Counted from the first letter of the stretch, positions 11,617-24,630 are shown. The stretch is 64,000 nucleotides of DNA from Eledone cirrhosa (GCA_964016885.1 OZ024740.1:316076001-316140000); one strand, 5' to 3'. Made by a program: numbers and translations. The notes: a model not told the origin generated them from the letters alone.

Positions 11617-12190
11617 AAAAAGCGGCCAGTCCATACTGTAAAGTGGTGTTGGTGACACGTCAAACAGCAGTCGATCCACACTGTAAAGTGGTTGTGTTGG
11701 TGTCATAACAATAAAGTGTCCAGTCCACACTGTAAAGTGATCGTTTTGGGGCCACTGTAAAAAATGCCCAGCCCACACTGTACAATGGCTGTGTTAGTGA
11801 CTTAAGAAAAATTGCCCAGTTCACACTGTAAAGTGGTCGTGTTGCTGACACAACAATAAAGCACTCAGTCCACACTGTAAAGTAGTTGTGTTGGTGACAA
11901 AATGAAGCACTCAGTCCACACTGTAAAGTGGTCATGTTGCTGACACATCAAAAAGGGCCCAGTCCACACTGTAAAGTGGTCATTTTGGTGCCATGATAAA
12001 AAGCACCCAGTCCACACTGTAAATGTGATTGGCATTAGGAAGGACATCGAGCCATAGAAACCAAGCCAGAATCAGTTTTCTATGAGCAAGACATAGTCAT
12101 CTGAATGGCTTATCTCACAATGGTACAATGCATCTAACCCATGCTAATGTTGAAAAAGGGATGTTAAACAGTGATGATGATGATGATGAT
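11617..12190 (+). repeat. ~48-bp tandem array (9 CACACTGTA-type cores) ending in the SINE-A/RTE tail module
   Basis: Cores near 11631, 11677, 11726, 11774, 11822, 11871, 11917, 11965, 12013; then TTAGGAAGGACATC...AACCCATGC...(TGA)n. Confidence 0.85.
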
Positions 12191-12549
12191 TCAGTATGAT
12201 GGTCATATTGTTATATACTCAATTGTTTGTTTAACGTTTGACTTTAGATCTCAACAAGGATATATTTTCATCTGCTGACATCATACATGTTTGTTTGTTA
12301 GCTGTTGTAGTTGGATCATCTCTGGTCAATCAAGCCTTATAATGAAAGACGTTTCATCTGTGACCATCTGTCTTTTTGTATATTAAGTACTTCATTGTCC
12401 AATATGTACTACTTTATTTATAGGAATTAAAAGGAATAAAAAGAGATTAAAAGAGTTTGGCAAAAATAGAAGCCAGCTCTATTGAAGTTTATAGAACAGC
12501 TGTCAATCACTTTGATTGGATCAATTGGAAGTTTTGACACATAGCAACT

Positions 12550-13030
12550 ACATGTATATAATAGTGAGATTCATGGTAAGAAGGGAAAGTTTAGGAGGTG
12601 TTTTCTTGAGTACAGACAGTAAAGAATTGAAGGTGAAACAGACAGCAATTGTGGATCCTTTCACAGTGGTAGAGCTGCTAACATAAATATCTTCATCAGA
12701 TCTGCCAACCTCTAAAAACATCAAAGGAGGAGAACCATGAAAAAAAGGGTCTCCAACCGGGGAGAAATGAGGCAAAATGGGGAGTTTTTTCATAATCAAA
12801 GCTATACCCATTTTCTAAAGAGAAGACATCTCTCACTCACCCCAAAGTGGGTGGGAGATCTTTCCATTGGATGAGGAGAGTTGACAGGTCTGCTTCGGTG
12901 CGAAAATAAGTTAGGAAGAATATGAAATATTGGTAGAGATTCTGTTGGTAAGGTACCAGAAGGCTCTGCTGCAATTTGAGAGATGGGAAAATTTGTAGGC
13001 TGCACAATGCATGAAGACATCCTTTGATTT
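12550..13030 (-). mobile_element. Highly degraded CR1/Jockey-like LINE remnant
   Basis: Minus strand gives SRAFWYLTNRIS, resembling the EN-RT linker of such LINEs; heavily decayed. Confidence 0.3.
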
Positions 13031-13499
13031 TTATGATAGCAGATTTAATTAGAATGTCTGTTCAAAATGCCATAGTGTTTAAAACATTTAAACATTAACT
13101 AAATGAGCACTCAATATTTGTTGGTAGAGTGTAAATTTTATTTTCCATGTCGAAAACTGGTAATGATTTCGAATTTTCAGCTTGGTCACTTCATCTCTTA
13201 TTGATATTTCAGTGGTGGATAAAAGCTTCCTAATAGTAGTAGTAATTTTAGTAGTACTAGAATTATTAGTAGTAGTAGTTGTTGTTGTTTTTGTGGTGGT
13301 TGTGTGTGTGAGAGAGAGAGAGAGAAGAGACACTATCACCAGGTGTTCTGTGCCTCTTGTTACCCAGATCTTATCTCACAGAGCCCCTTTGCTTTGTTTT
13401 GACAAAATTACAATTTCTAGTTTAGAAAATAAGATTCCCGAATATTCCTTGGTAATTGAATGCTTTTGAAATGTGTCTTTTTTTTTTTCTTTATTTTAG

Positions 13500-13533
13500 T
13501 TGGAACTTATGTTGCTTCATGATGTTAACACAA
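13500..13533 (+). other. Candidate 34-nt exon
   Basis: Long poly-T tract ending TTTTAG at 13499 and consensus donor GTAAGT at 13534. Confidence 0.35.
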
Positions 13534-13942
13534 GTAAGTTAATGATTTTGTTTCTTTGAGTAAAGTTATTAGTATATTTAGAGCTAATTATTCTCTGCTG
13601 TAGATTATCTTCAGTATTATAACAAAAAAACAACTATCTAAGCTTTAGAATTGTTAAATTGTAAAATACATTAGCTTCCAAAAATTATTTTAAATCTTTA
13701 AATCTGGATTATCTTGGATTAAAAACTCTATTAGTATCTCAGTGTTGAATTAAAATGGAGGAGTTAATTTAGATAACTGATTATCTAATCCAATGAATGA
13801 AATCAATAGATTGACTTTGATATGGTTTGTTGGAAGACAGTAACACTTTATAGAGCAACATGACATTATAGATTTTTGTTTCACTGTTCAGGACAAAGCT
13901 GGAGAATAAAGGAGTTTTAATCAATATTAAATAGATATTAAA

Positions 13943-14608
13943 GGTGGCAAATTGGCAGGGTCGTTAGAACGTCAGATAGAATGCTTTGCAGTATTTGTTT
14001 TGGCTCTCTGCTCTCTGAGTTCAAATCCCACCGAGGTCAACTTTGTCTTTCATCCATTTGAGGTTGATAAAAAAAAGTACCAGTCTAGTACAGAGGGTGA
14101 TTCTTCCTTTATATCTCTTTCTCACTTCTATTCTCTTACTCTGTCTTTCTATCTCTGGATGAAATCTGCTGTATTCAGACCTAGAGGGGAGATGGGCTCC
14201 GTCAGGTTTTAAAAAATCCCTAGAATCACCGTATTGATGTATGATGCCCCTACGACTTCTTCAGGAGTTACGGGATCATGCATGCCATGCAAATAGGTGC
14301 TCTGTTGTACCAGAGAGTTAAACGGATATTCTGTTATATTTAAAAGATGTTCTGTTATTAAGGGAGTTATTGGGGTGCCGTATTGACATACAGCAGATTT
14401 CTTCCAGAGAAGGAAAGAGAGAGTGAGAGAATGGAAGTGAGAAAGATATAAGGAAGAATCGTCCCCAGTACTAGACTGGTACTTTTTTATCAACTTCAAA
14501 TGAATGAAAGGCAAAGTTGACCATAACAGGATTTGAACTCAGAGAGCTGAAACAAATACAGCAAACCATTCTATCCGATGTTTTAACAACTCTGCCAATT
14601 CGCTGCCT
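13943..14608. repeat. Inverted duplication (~230-bp arms: SINE-B 5' part plus unique flank), ~210-bp spacer
   Basis: 13943-14174 matches the reverse complement of 14388-14608, including the non-SINE stretch GATTCTTCC...AAATCTGCTGTAT. Confidence 0.8.
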
Positions 14609-14944
14609 GGGTATTAAATGTAAGAATTGTTATGATACTTACATTTGTAGATGATGGAGTTATGTATTTGACACAGAACCTCATAAGATGATTTATAGGT
14701 GTCTCTGATGTCTTATATTTCTGAGTTAAACTCTCACTACAACTACTTGATATCTCTTTCACATCCCCTGGAGCTTCTTTTTAAAAAAATATAATTATCA
14801 CAGATGAATCAATCATATATATCCTTTATTACATACACACACACATACCCCCCCCCCATACGCACTAACTCATACACAAACACACACATGCACACATACA
14901 CACACAAAATAATTATGGTGAGAAGGAACCTTTATGGATATTGC

Positions 14945-15036
<92 letters not shown>

Positions 15037-16390
15037 GGAGGTGAGTTTTATTGTAGTACAATAAAGCAATGCAGATATCGGATAAGTAGCACTCTACAGT
15101 TTGTAGGACTGGAGTATAAATCTCTTGGAAGAAGGTTTCTTCTGCTTCTCTATACTTGAACAGTTCTCTATCCAAGACATGCAATCTCTGTTTATGTGAA
15201 AAATTTACCATTATATCTAATTTAGATTCTATAATAAATAGATGCACTGACTTGTTTTCTCTCTGCTTGCATAAATTCCACATAACATTCCATAAAGTAT
15301 ACAGCTAATATCTAATACTTTACCAATTTAAAATCCTTTTCTCAAAGGCACATATATATATATATACATATATATTTCTTTAAAAATATACCCATCTTTC
15401 TACCTTATTTCAATGTTATTTATTATACATTATATAATACTAGTTACTCATTCTATTTCACTCCTATTTATCACTTCCCTTTCTTTCTTTTTCCTTTTTT
15501 CTTTTCTTTTCTCTTTCTTTTAATTTCTAACCCCTAATCTGTACCTTTTCTTCCTAGACACTTCTCAATTATCATTGTGCCTAACATAGAAACAATTATT
15601 ACACAGTACAACATATTCTTACTTTATATCACCTTAAAAAAATCCTTCGTAAACATAAACATTTTTTTGACATTAGATTATTCATCCTCAATTCATTATT
15701 TTTTTCTCCCTTTCATGCTCATCTAACTTATACATATTACACTTATTCATCCACTCTTCTACTTCTTTAACAATATATCCTTAATTACATTACTATTGTT
15801 ATATTTTTATATTTTTTAATAATACATATCAACAATTTCTTTCCATCGCACATATTATTAAACCCTTAAATACTATTCTTAATACATATTAACAATTTCT
15901 TTTCATCGCACATATTATTAAGCCCTTAAATATACAAACCTTAATTTAACATTATTCTAAAATTTTTCTCTTCGTTAATTTTGAAATTCTTTTAATTTAT
16001 ATATTATCTTCCAACGGTTTTTCAACCTCTCTATGTAAAACAATATATTTTTCTCAGTTATAAAAGCTATCTCTCTCTCTCTATCACCCATCTCCCCTCC
16101 TATCTCATCCTTCCTCATTATACTCCTCCCCCTCCACTTTTTACTCTCATCTCCTCCTCTTTTTCATCCCCCCCCCCCTCAATTTTTTCCCAATATCACA
16201 CATCAATCTAAAACTACTTTTCATATGTTGATTTAAAACTGCACTATTCACAAGTGTGTTTTAACCTTCATATCATGTCTCCCTATTTTATCTGATGAAA
16301 ACGCAAATGTTATTGCATGATGATATTTGTTTTTGAAATGCGCATAATAAAATACATGGAACTCTTTTAACCATCTTTTGATCTTATATA
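15037..16390 (+). mobile_element. 5'-truncated Penelope-like element (end of GIY-YIG ORF, 3' UTR, pLTR with hammerhead)
   Basis: 15120-15308 translates ISWKKVSSASLYLNSSLSKTCNLCLCEKFTIISNLDSIINRCTDLFSLCLHKF...stop, matching the CxLCLxEK...NxRxEL.SxCxH C-terminus of PLE endonucleases; flanked by (TA)n. Confidence 0.75.
16284..16354 (+). ncRNA. Type I hammerhead ribozyme motif
   Basis: Perfect 8-bp stem I TATTTTAT/ATAAAATA, CTGATGA 16292-16298, long stem II, GAAA 16335-16338, palindromic stem III ATGCGCAT, predicted cleavage after A16346. Confidence 0.85.
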
Positions 16391-16391
16391 T

Positions 16392-19300
16392 TATATATAT
16401 ATATATGTACAATCATCATCAGGTCGAGCTTGCTCGGCTTTCTACGACATGTTTCCTCCATCCATCTCTGTCTCTCATAGCGTTTGCCAGTTCTTCCGCA
16501 GTGTATCCAGTATCGTCCTCAAGTTGCTTGACGTATATCTTCTTGGGACAACCAGCATTTCTTGCTCCATGAGATGGACTCCATAAAAACACATCACCTG
16601 CTATTTCTTCCTTGCTGCGCCAACAGTGGCCAGCAAATCTGAGTCTTTGTCCACGTATTGACCTGCTGATAGGTGGTATATTGCCATAGAGATCCTTATT
16701 TGTTGGGTGTTCCTCCAAGACACGTTTAAAGCAGCACGGAGCATACGTGTGTATGCCCCGTCTAGCTTTTTCTCCAGTTTCGACGTTAGTGTCCAAGTGA
16801 TAGAACCATAAACAAGCACAGATTCCACAGCAGCTCTGAAGAAATTCCTTTTCAGTTTGGCCAGCAGGTTTGATTTCCATATCTTTTCCATTGTATTCAA
16901 TGCTCCCCAGGCTTTTCCCAGTCTGATGTTAACATCATGTTCTGTGGAGGCGATATAGCTACCCAGGTATTTGAAGTCGTCAACTTGCTTGATTATATCG
17001 CCGTTTAGACTTCGCATACCAACTGAGGAGTCTTGGTTCAGGCAAATATATTCTGTTTTGCCTGCGTTGACATAGAGTCCGATTTCCTTTGCAACTGATT
17101 CAGTGATTTTCTGAGCTGCACAGCGTCTACACTTTCGCTTTGTGAGAGTGAAACCAAGCTCTAAGTTTTCGTCCAGGGCTTTTCTCAATACATAGTCGAG
17201 GTAGTTGATAAAAATATATGGTGCAAGAGTATCCCCTTGGAGTACTCCTGCAATGATGTCAAAGAAGTTGGTATCTCCATCAGGTGAGCGCACCATTGCA
17301 CGGGTGTTTTTATATAACATCATGATGGCATTTACTGTTTCCTTTGGCAAGCCGTAGGCTAGAAGTATCTCTCTCATCCTCCCACGATGGATGGAATCGA
17401 ATGCTTTTGAAAAGTCAATAAACAGGAGAGTTGCTGGGAGGTTTTTGGCTTTTACGCCTTCCAAGATACGCTGAATAGTAAGTATTTGCCCTGATGTTGA
17501 TCTGTTGGTGCGGAAGCCATTTTGTTTTTTTCTCAGCAAGGGGTCAATGACAGGTCTTATTCTGTCAAACAGCATGAGATTGTATATCTTTGCGGCAATT
17601 GCCATTAGTGTTATACCACAGTAGATTTTAGCCATTCCAAGATCGCCCTTTTGGGAAAAGGGAGTATACATCCCTCAGTCCATTTGTCTATGGGGTCTTG
17701 ATTATAGACACCATTACACAACTCTAGTAGGATTGGGTGAAATTCAGGTACCTTCCACACTTCAGCTGGGATCTCGTCGAGTCCCCACGCTTTTCCGTTA
17801 CCAATACTTTTCACTGCTTTCTGTAGTTCCTCCATAGTGAAAGGACCTTTCTGTATTTGGTGTTCCTCTGTAAAAACAGGTATTATTTCTTCTTCGATGA
17901 TCTGTGGTGCTTTGCCAAGTAGGTTCTGAAAATGTTGTTGCCACAGTTTTAAATGTTCGTCTTGGCTGGAGGCTTTCAGTTTGGCTCTGTCACTACTTTT
18001 TCTGCCACTAATTTCATTGACAGTTTTCCAGGCTTCAGCAGATTTCTTATTGCTGACAGTACTCGAGATATGATTGATCTTTCTCTGCATGTATTCGGCT
18101 TGCTCAATTTCCTACTCACTTTTCAGTGCTGTACAAGCAGCATTGAAGTTACTAATGTTTTCTGGAGATCGTTGAGTGTCTTTCAATTCTGTAGCTTTTC
18201 GCAACTCTTTGCGCTTTTGACGTATCCTCTCTGTTTCCCAGGGTTTTCGTTTTTTAACCTTGGGTTTTAAAGGGATGGTGTCAGCCACTGCCTCTTTGAA
18301 TGCCATCTGAAAGTGGTTAAATGTAGAATTTGACGATTTTGTTGGCGCAGAGTCTTGTAGGGCAGCAAATCGGTTGCTCAGTTGGGTTACAAAGGTTTTG
18401 TAAGTCTCAGGATTGGTATTCAGAACTGCCCAGTTGTAAGGAGTAGCATTTGCAGTTTTCTTCTTATCCACTCGGAGACCTAATCGTATCTTGGCCGAGA
18501 CAATGCGATGATCTGAGTCAACACCAACAAATGAGTCATATGCTTTGCAGTTTTTTGCGCTGTTCTTCCATTTTCGATTGATTATGATATAATCCAGTTG
18601 TGTCTTGTCGCCATTTGGAGATTTGTGTGTCCACTGCTGGCCTGGTCTTTTTTGGAATATGGCGTTGAGACATCGTAAATTGTTCTCACACAAGTAATCT
18701 TTTAGCATACAACCGTTTCTATTGGTTTGTGATTGGTATGAGAATTTGAATCCATCAAGCTGCCCCTACATCGACCCAATAGAGGGACCAGCAGTGTTAG
18801 TCGAAGGTAGTATAATAAGTAAGGCAATCAAAGATATGAAGACGGGTAAGGCGGCTGGGCCTTCGGAAATAGTTGCTGAAATGCTGAAAGCTTCTGGAAC
18901 GGTGGGACACACCATGGTAACCCAGATAGTAAACCAAGTCATACAGAATGGGGTTGTTCCGAAGGACTGGCGTAGCAGCATCATCATTAACTGCTACAAG
19001 GGTAAAGGAGATGCCCTAGATAGGAGTAACTATAGAGGCATTAAATTAATCAACCAGGTCATGAAGGTCACAGAAAAACTAATAGCGCAACTAATCAGAG
19101 AGAGAATTGATCTAGATGAAATGCAGTTCGGGTTTGTGTCAGGCAAAAGTACCACAGACGCTCTTTTCATTGTACGACAACTACAGGAGAAGTACCTAGC
19201 TAAAAGTAAACCCCTATACTTAGCTTTCGTCGACTTGGAGAAAGCCTTCGACAGAGTCCCCCATTCCATTATCTGGTGGGCTCTTAGAAATCTAGGTATT

Positions 19301-21345
19301 GATGAATGGCTTGTGAGAGCTATACAAGCCATGTATAAAGAAACAGTCAGCAAGGTTAGAATTAACAACGAATATAGTGAAGAGTTTAGCGTAAAAGTTG
19401 GTGTTCATCAGGGCTCCGTTCTTAGCCCCCTACTATTTATTATTGACCTTCAGGCTATAACAGTGGAGTTCAAGACCGGCTGCCCATGGGAACTCCTATA
19501 CGCAGATGATCTAACACTCATAGCTGAATCAATGGCCGAACTAGAGAAGAAATTCCAAACATGGAAGCATGGCCTAGAATCAAAAGGCCTTAAAATTAAC
19601 CTGTCTAAGACTAAAGTTCTAGTTTGTAGGAAGGAAAATAGGGTGCCGGTCCCATCTGGGAAATGGCCATGCTCAGTGTGTAGGAAAGGAGTAGGTAGAA
19701 ACTCCATTTTATGTCCCAAATGCAAAGTATGGGTGCATAAAAGATGTAGTGGGATCACAGGTAAGCTAACTAAGAACATAGAATATATGTGGCCGGTGCT
19801 CTGGTGTAATAAGTAGCAGCAAGTGCCCACAGAATACTAGCTCTTTCAATTGCACAGATGGTTCTATAGAAATAGTGGACAGCTTCCGTTACCTGGGTGA
19901 CAAAATCAACAGTGGGGGAGGGTGCTCTGAAAGTACAGTAGCTAGAGACAGAACTGGATGGAAAAAGTTCAGGGAGCTTATACCACTATTAGCCGCTAAA
20001 GGGTTCTCCCTAAAAAGGAAAGGCAGGCTGTATGATGCCTGCATACGAACAGCAATGTTGCATGGCAGTGAGACCTGGGCATTGTGTGCAGAGGATATAC
20101 ACAGACTAGAGAGGAACGAAGCTTGCATGCTCCGCTGGATATGTAATAGTAATATACGTGAACGGCAAAGCATTAACGAACTAAGGGAAAAATTAGAAAT
20201 AAGAGGGATCAGATGTTGTTTACTCGAGAGAAGGCTACGTTGGTATGGTCACGTGATGCGCATGAAAGACGACAGCTGTATAAAAAAGTGCAGGGCAATA
20301 AAAATAGACGGTAGCCACGGAGTAGGCAGACCCAGAAAAACCTGGGACGACTTGATAAATTCCGACCTCACACACTTACACCTCTCCAAGACAATGTCAC
20401 TGGACCGAGATCTTTGGCGCTACACAGTAATAGAGAAGACCCGCCTTACCTAAATACAAAGTAAAACCTACTACAGTCAGTAGGCACCTCTAACAAAATA
20501 CACCCCCGTCCCACTACCTCCACCCCATCCACACCGCCCCTTTCAATGTAAAGTTATGTTGGTACCAACATCCAGGCCGAAACAAATGAGGTCGTGTAGG
20601 TGTCACGACAAAAAAACACACAGTCCACGCTGTAATGTGGCCGTGTAGGTAACATGGTAAAAACCTCCCAGTCCCACACTGTAAATGTGGTTGGTGTTAG
20701 GAAGGGCATCCAGCCGTAGAAAACCCGCGAGACAGTCCTATGCGAGCAAGATAATCACTCTTGCCTCAAGTGGGAAAACTCCCGTCCAAACCCATGCAAG
20801 CGTGGAACATGGACGTTAAACGATGATGATGATGAGGATGTCCAAGACGCGCGTTGAAGTCTCCGCCAATGATGAGAACATTATGTTTTGGGATTTGTCT
20901 AGTGAGTGATGTTAGTTCCATGTAAAACCTCTCTACTTCGGCCATGTCACATACATTTGTTGGACTATAGCAAGAGATTATAGTGGTTTTAGGATTCCCG
21001 TTAAACGTAGCTATCATTATCCTGGATGTTATCATTTCAACACTCGCAAGTGCATCATAGGCTCGCGGGCTGAAAAGCATTCCAACTCCACCATTTGCTG
21101 CATTTATGTTGTCTTTCCAAGCTGAGCAGGTTATCAGCCTCCAATTGCCAAATATTTGCTCCTTTGTTACAAGCTCTTCATGTATGAACCGGTGCTCCTG
21201 AAGACAGATAACATCATGGTTGGTCGCCCCTACTGAAGCAATCAGTTCAGGGATTTTATGGTCTTTCTGGAGTGTTTGAACATTCAGTGTACCAGCAAAG
21301 ATGTCTTTCTTTCCATGTACAAGTCGGGTTGGTTGTTTTCTCCGT
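16392..21345 (-). mobile_element. RTE-like LINE family 3 (APE + RT, no PHD insert), decayed and split by a family 2 insertion
   Basis: GTLNVQTL/QEHRF (~21300-21190), SCYSPT/GGDFNA (20841-21080), QLDYI/SDH (18112-18708), FIDFSKAFDS/GVLQGD/FKYLGS (16601-17671), RLRFAGH; short (GAT)n tail. Confidence 0.9.
18763..20840 (+). mobile_element. RTE family 2, 5'-truncated, nested in family 3
   Basis: RT + PHD + C-terminus (ORFs 18722-19816, 19875-20453), 3' UTR, (GAT)n tail; the host frame GDFNARLG/QLDGFKF rejoins when it is removed. Confidence 0.95.
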
Positions 21346-21357
21346 GTATGTTTATAT

Positions 21358-21432
21358 ATAAGGGTGGGCTGAAAAGTTCATAGGCTGACTACGAAAGAGC
21401 AATGATAGAACTGCGAAATCTGGCATGCATTA

Positions 21433-21435
<3 letters not shown>
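21358..21435 (+). mobile_element. Mariner-like MITE, one end only
   Basis: TIR GGGTGGGCTGAAAAGTTCATAGGCTGAC; same family as 21919-22117. Confidence 0.65.
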
Positions 21436-21504
<69 letters not shown>

Positions 21505-21507
21505 CAC

Positions 21508-21897
21508 GCTTGGCTTAGTGGTTAGAGCATTGGCCTTGTAATCGAAAGGTTGTGAGTTCAATTCTCGGACCGGGTGATGTGTTGTTTCCTTGAACAAGAC
21601 ACTTTATTTCACATTGCTCCAGTTTACTCAGCTGTAGAAATGAGATGATAGGACTGGGGTCCCTATCATTCCACTACAAAGTGGTCGTGGAGGTGCCATG
21701 GCAAAAAAGCACCCAGTACTCACTGTAAATGAGGTTGGTGTTAGGAAGGGCATCCAGCTGTAGAAATCAAGCCAGAATCAGTTCTCGTATGAGCAAGGCA
21801 AGTTCAGCCGACCGGACACTACCCACAACAGGACAACAGGACAACCTATCTAACCTATTCTAGCATGGAAGAAGAGACGTAAAACGGTGATGATGAT
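21508..21897 (+). mobile_element. SINE family A with an alternative longer RTE-type tail
   Basis: Head and body as 4593-4935 but diverges after GAATCAGTT; (TGA)n tail. Confidence 0.9.
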
Positions 21898-21918
21898 ATA
21901 TATATATACATAAATACA

Positions 21919-22117
21919 CACGAGTGTGTGCTGAAAATTTTATAGACTGACTATGAGGGAGTGATGCTAGAGCTGTGAGATCTGGCATACATTAATTTTT
22001 CAACTCGTCTTATTAGGATTGTTTATTTTCCAGGGACTATGTTGAAAACTAAACCTCCTTTGGTAATTTCATGAGAATATCTTGGTCAGCCTATAAACGT
22101 TTCAGCTGACCCTCATA
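21919..22117 (+). mobile_element. Mariner-like MITE (~200 bp)
   Basis: Imperfect ~30-bp TIRs CGAGTGTGTGCTGAAAATTTTATAGACTGAC / GTCAGCCTATAAACGTTTCAGCTGACCCTCATA. Confidence 0.7.
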
Positions 22118-22697
22118 TGTTAGTGTACAAAACCCAACCAGTTAATTAATGTTACTGTTTTGGTTATGTAATTAGTTTGACACTGATATTTGTTATCTGC
22201 AACACTAACTATATACTAATTTCTACCATAAGACTAATTTATCTTATTTACACTGTTTATCATTATTTCTTTATAGTAAGTGCTGTAGTAGGATGTTAGT
22301 AACAATATCCAAATCTACTTTTGGAATGGTGTTTTTTTAACCATTTGTGCTTGACTTTATTTGTCTTCATTGTGAGTGTATTATCATCATCATCAGTAGA
22401 AGCAGGTTTTCTACAGCTGGATGCCCTTCATATAACCAACCACTTTACACTTTTACAGAGTGTACCAGGTGCATTTATCATGTACATCACCAACATTAGG
22501 GAGGTTATCATGTATTTGACACAACTGAAGGGTCCACTTGGCTCTATTTGTCAATTTGTCTATGGCAGGATGACCTTCCTATCACCAACCACTTTACAGA
22601 GTGTACTGAGTGTGTCTATCATGTAGATCACCAATACTAGAGAGCTTGTTGTGCCTCTGACACAACTAAAGAGTTTCATGTTAAACTATAATCACAA

Positions 22698-23026
22698 CAT
22701 CATTTTACATCAGCTTTTCCCTGCTTGCAAGGGTGGGACGGGGACTGATTCTGGCTTGATTTTTACAGCTGGATGCCCTTCCTAACACCAACCTCATTTA
22801 CAGTAAGTGCTGGGTGCTTTTTTGCCGTGGCACCTCCACGACCACTTTGCAGTGGAATGATATGGACCCCAGTCCCTATCATCTCATTTCTACAGCTGAG
22901 TAAACTGGAGCAATGTGAAATAAAGTGTCTTGCTCAAGGAAACAACACATCACCTGGTCTAAGAATTGAACTCACAATCTTTCGATTGCAAGGCCAATGT
23001 TCTAACCACTAAGTCATGTGCTGCCA
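22698..23026 (-). mobile_element. SINE family A
   Basis: Reverse complement of the 4593-4935 sequence. Confidence 0.9.
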
Positions 23027-24169
23027 TGACTAAAACTTTTAAAGTTGCAGTCTTGTAATCCATTCACAGGGTAAATATCTTCTCTACTATCAGAACAGCT
23101 ATTCATGGTGTAGTATAGATCACCAACGCTAGAGAGGTTGTGGTTCCCCCTGACACAACTAAAGAGTCTTATGTTAAACTAAAATGATGTAACTGAAACT
23201 ATTGAAGTAATCCATTCATGAATTACATATCTACTCTACTATCGGAACAGCTATTCATGGTGCCATTTAAATTTCTTGACAAATCGAGCCTAATTTATTT
23301 ACATCTCTAATGCCTTTGGGACAGGGCTCAATATTGTCATTTACAATGATAAAATTAACCAGTGAGAGACCATATATATATTGTTGCTCGACCTACTAAA
23401 AATAGTAGCCAAACCTCCATCAAACCACATTCATCATCATTCTGATCCTTTAATATTCATTTTCCCTCCTAGCAAGGATTGGATGGGTCATTACAGATCG
23501 TCAGTACTCAAGAAGAGCTACTGACCTCTCAGATGTGCTGGGGACCAGTATCTAACTTACATATCTTACCACATTTCACATACATTCCTGCACTCGACTG
23601 AGTGTATTTTATCATGGCATCAGTACTGAGGAGGTTGTCATAGCACAGATGAAATGCCTTTTTGACACTTTTATATAGGTAAATGTCCTTCCTATTATCA
23701 ACCACTAAAGAGGTTGTCATGCTCTAGATACAATTGAAGAATCCTCTCAACCCAATTTACTGTTTGAAAAATATGTTAGATAAATGTGGTACTGAAAAAA
23801 ATTGGAATGGTTAAGTCTGAAATGCTTTCATTATGTCTGCTTAGGATTGGCAGGTGGATTGGCAGTAAATGATTGGATGTCATGCTTTGCAGCATAGAGT
23901 TACGGCTCTTTATGGTCTGAGTTCACCAAGGTTAATTTTGCCTTTCATCCTGATCATGATCCTGATCCCTCTACCAAGTGGAAATCACAATCAACTGAGA
24001 CTCCACATCGACATTCTATAGGGGACTAGTGGAGGATAAGTGCAACAACGTTCTCGGGGACCCTGATCCATATTCCGATCCAGATACTGATCCTGATCCT
24101 ATCCTCCTGATCCTGATCCTTCTGATCCTGATCCTCCTGATCAGGAGGATGAGGATCGGGATCAGGATC

Positions 24170-24630
24170 AACCCTAGCCCTCACCCACCTTCCAGCGAAT
24201 TTACTGGGGTGTAGCACCTCCCTCTACACTCTCACCTTCTTTCTGAAGTGGTATTTAAAGAAGGGGTTTAGTTGTTGTCCGGAGAGGAAGGTGCCCTCAG
24301 TCCTTTTAACCTCGTCCACCATATTACCTCTTTTGCCATAGCCACCAGACAGAGGAAAATCGCCTCCCCTTCATTCTTAAATGAAGGCGGCGGGGGGATC
24401 CTCACGATGGACTCGGCTGACAACTGGATGCATCCCATTCGTGTCAGTAACTGTTCCACAGGTCGGTCACCCCTGGGCACTGAACAATTGCGTGCGGAAA
24501 GGTTTCTGTCCTGCTTGCATCTTGGACAGGTCCTTTTGGCAGGATCCCTGCCAGGGCGTCTGTGTCTATAGATTTTGTCTTGAACTGGTAGAGCTCCTCG
24601 GTAGCACTGCCAGGCCAGAGACCTCTGGTA
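24170..24630 (-). mobile_element. L1/Tx1-clade LINE fragment (zf-RVT region)
   Basis: YQRSLAWQCYRGALPV...CPRC...(frameshift) ETFPHAIVQC...KEVIWWTR. Confidence 0.75.

Noticed and set aside
11617-12025. CRISPR-like look of the 48-bp array
   Set aside because: Variable parts are homologous to each other, the unit belongs to the SINE/RTE module, context is eukaryotic and there are no cas genes
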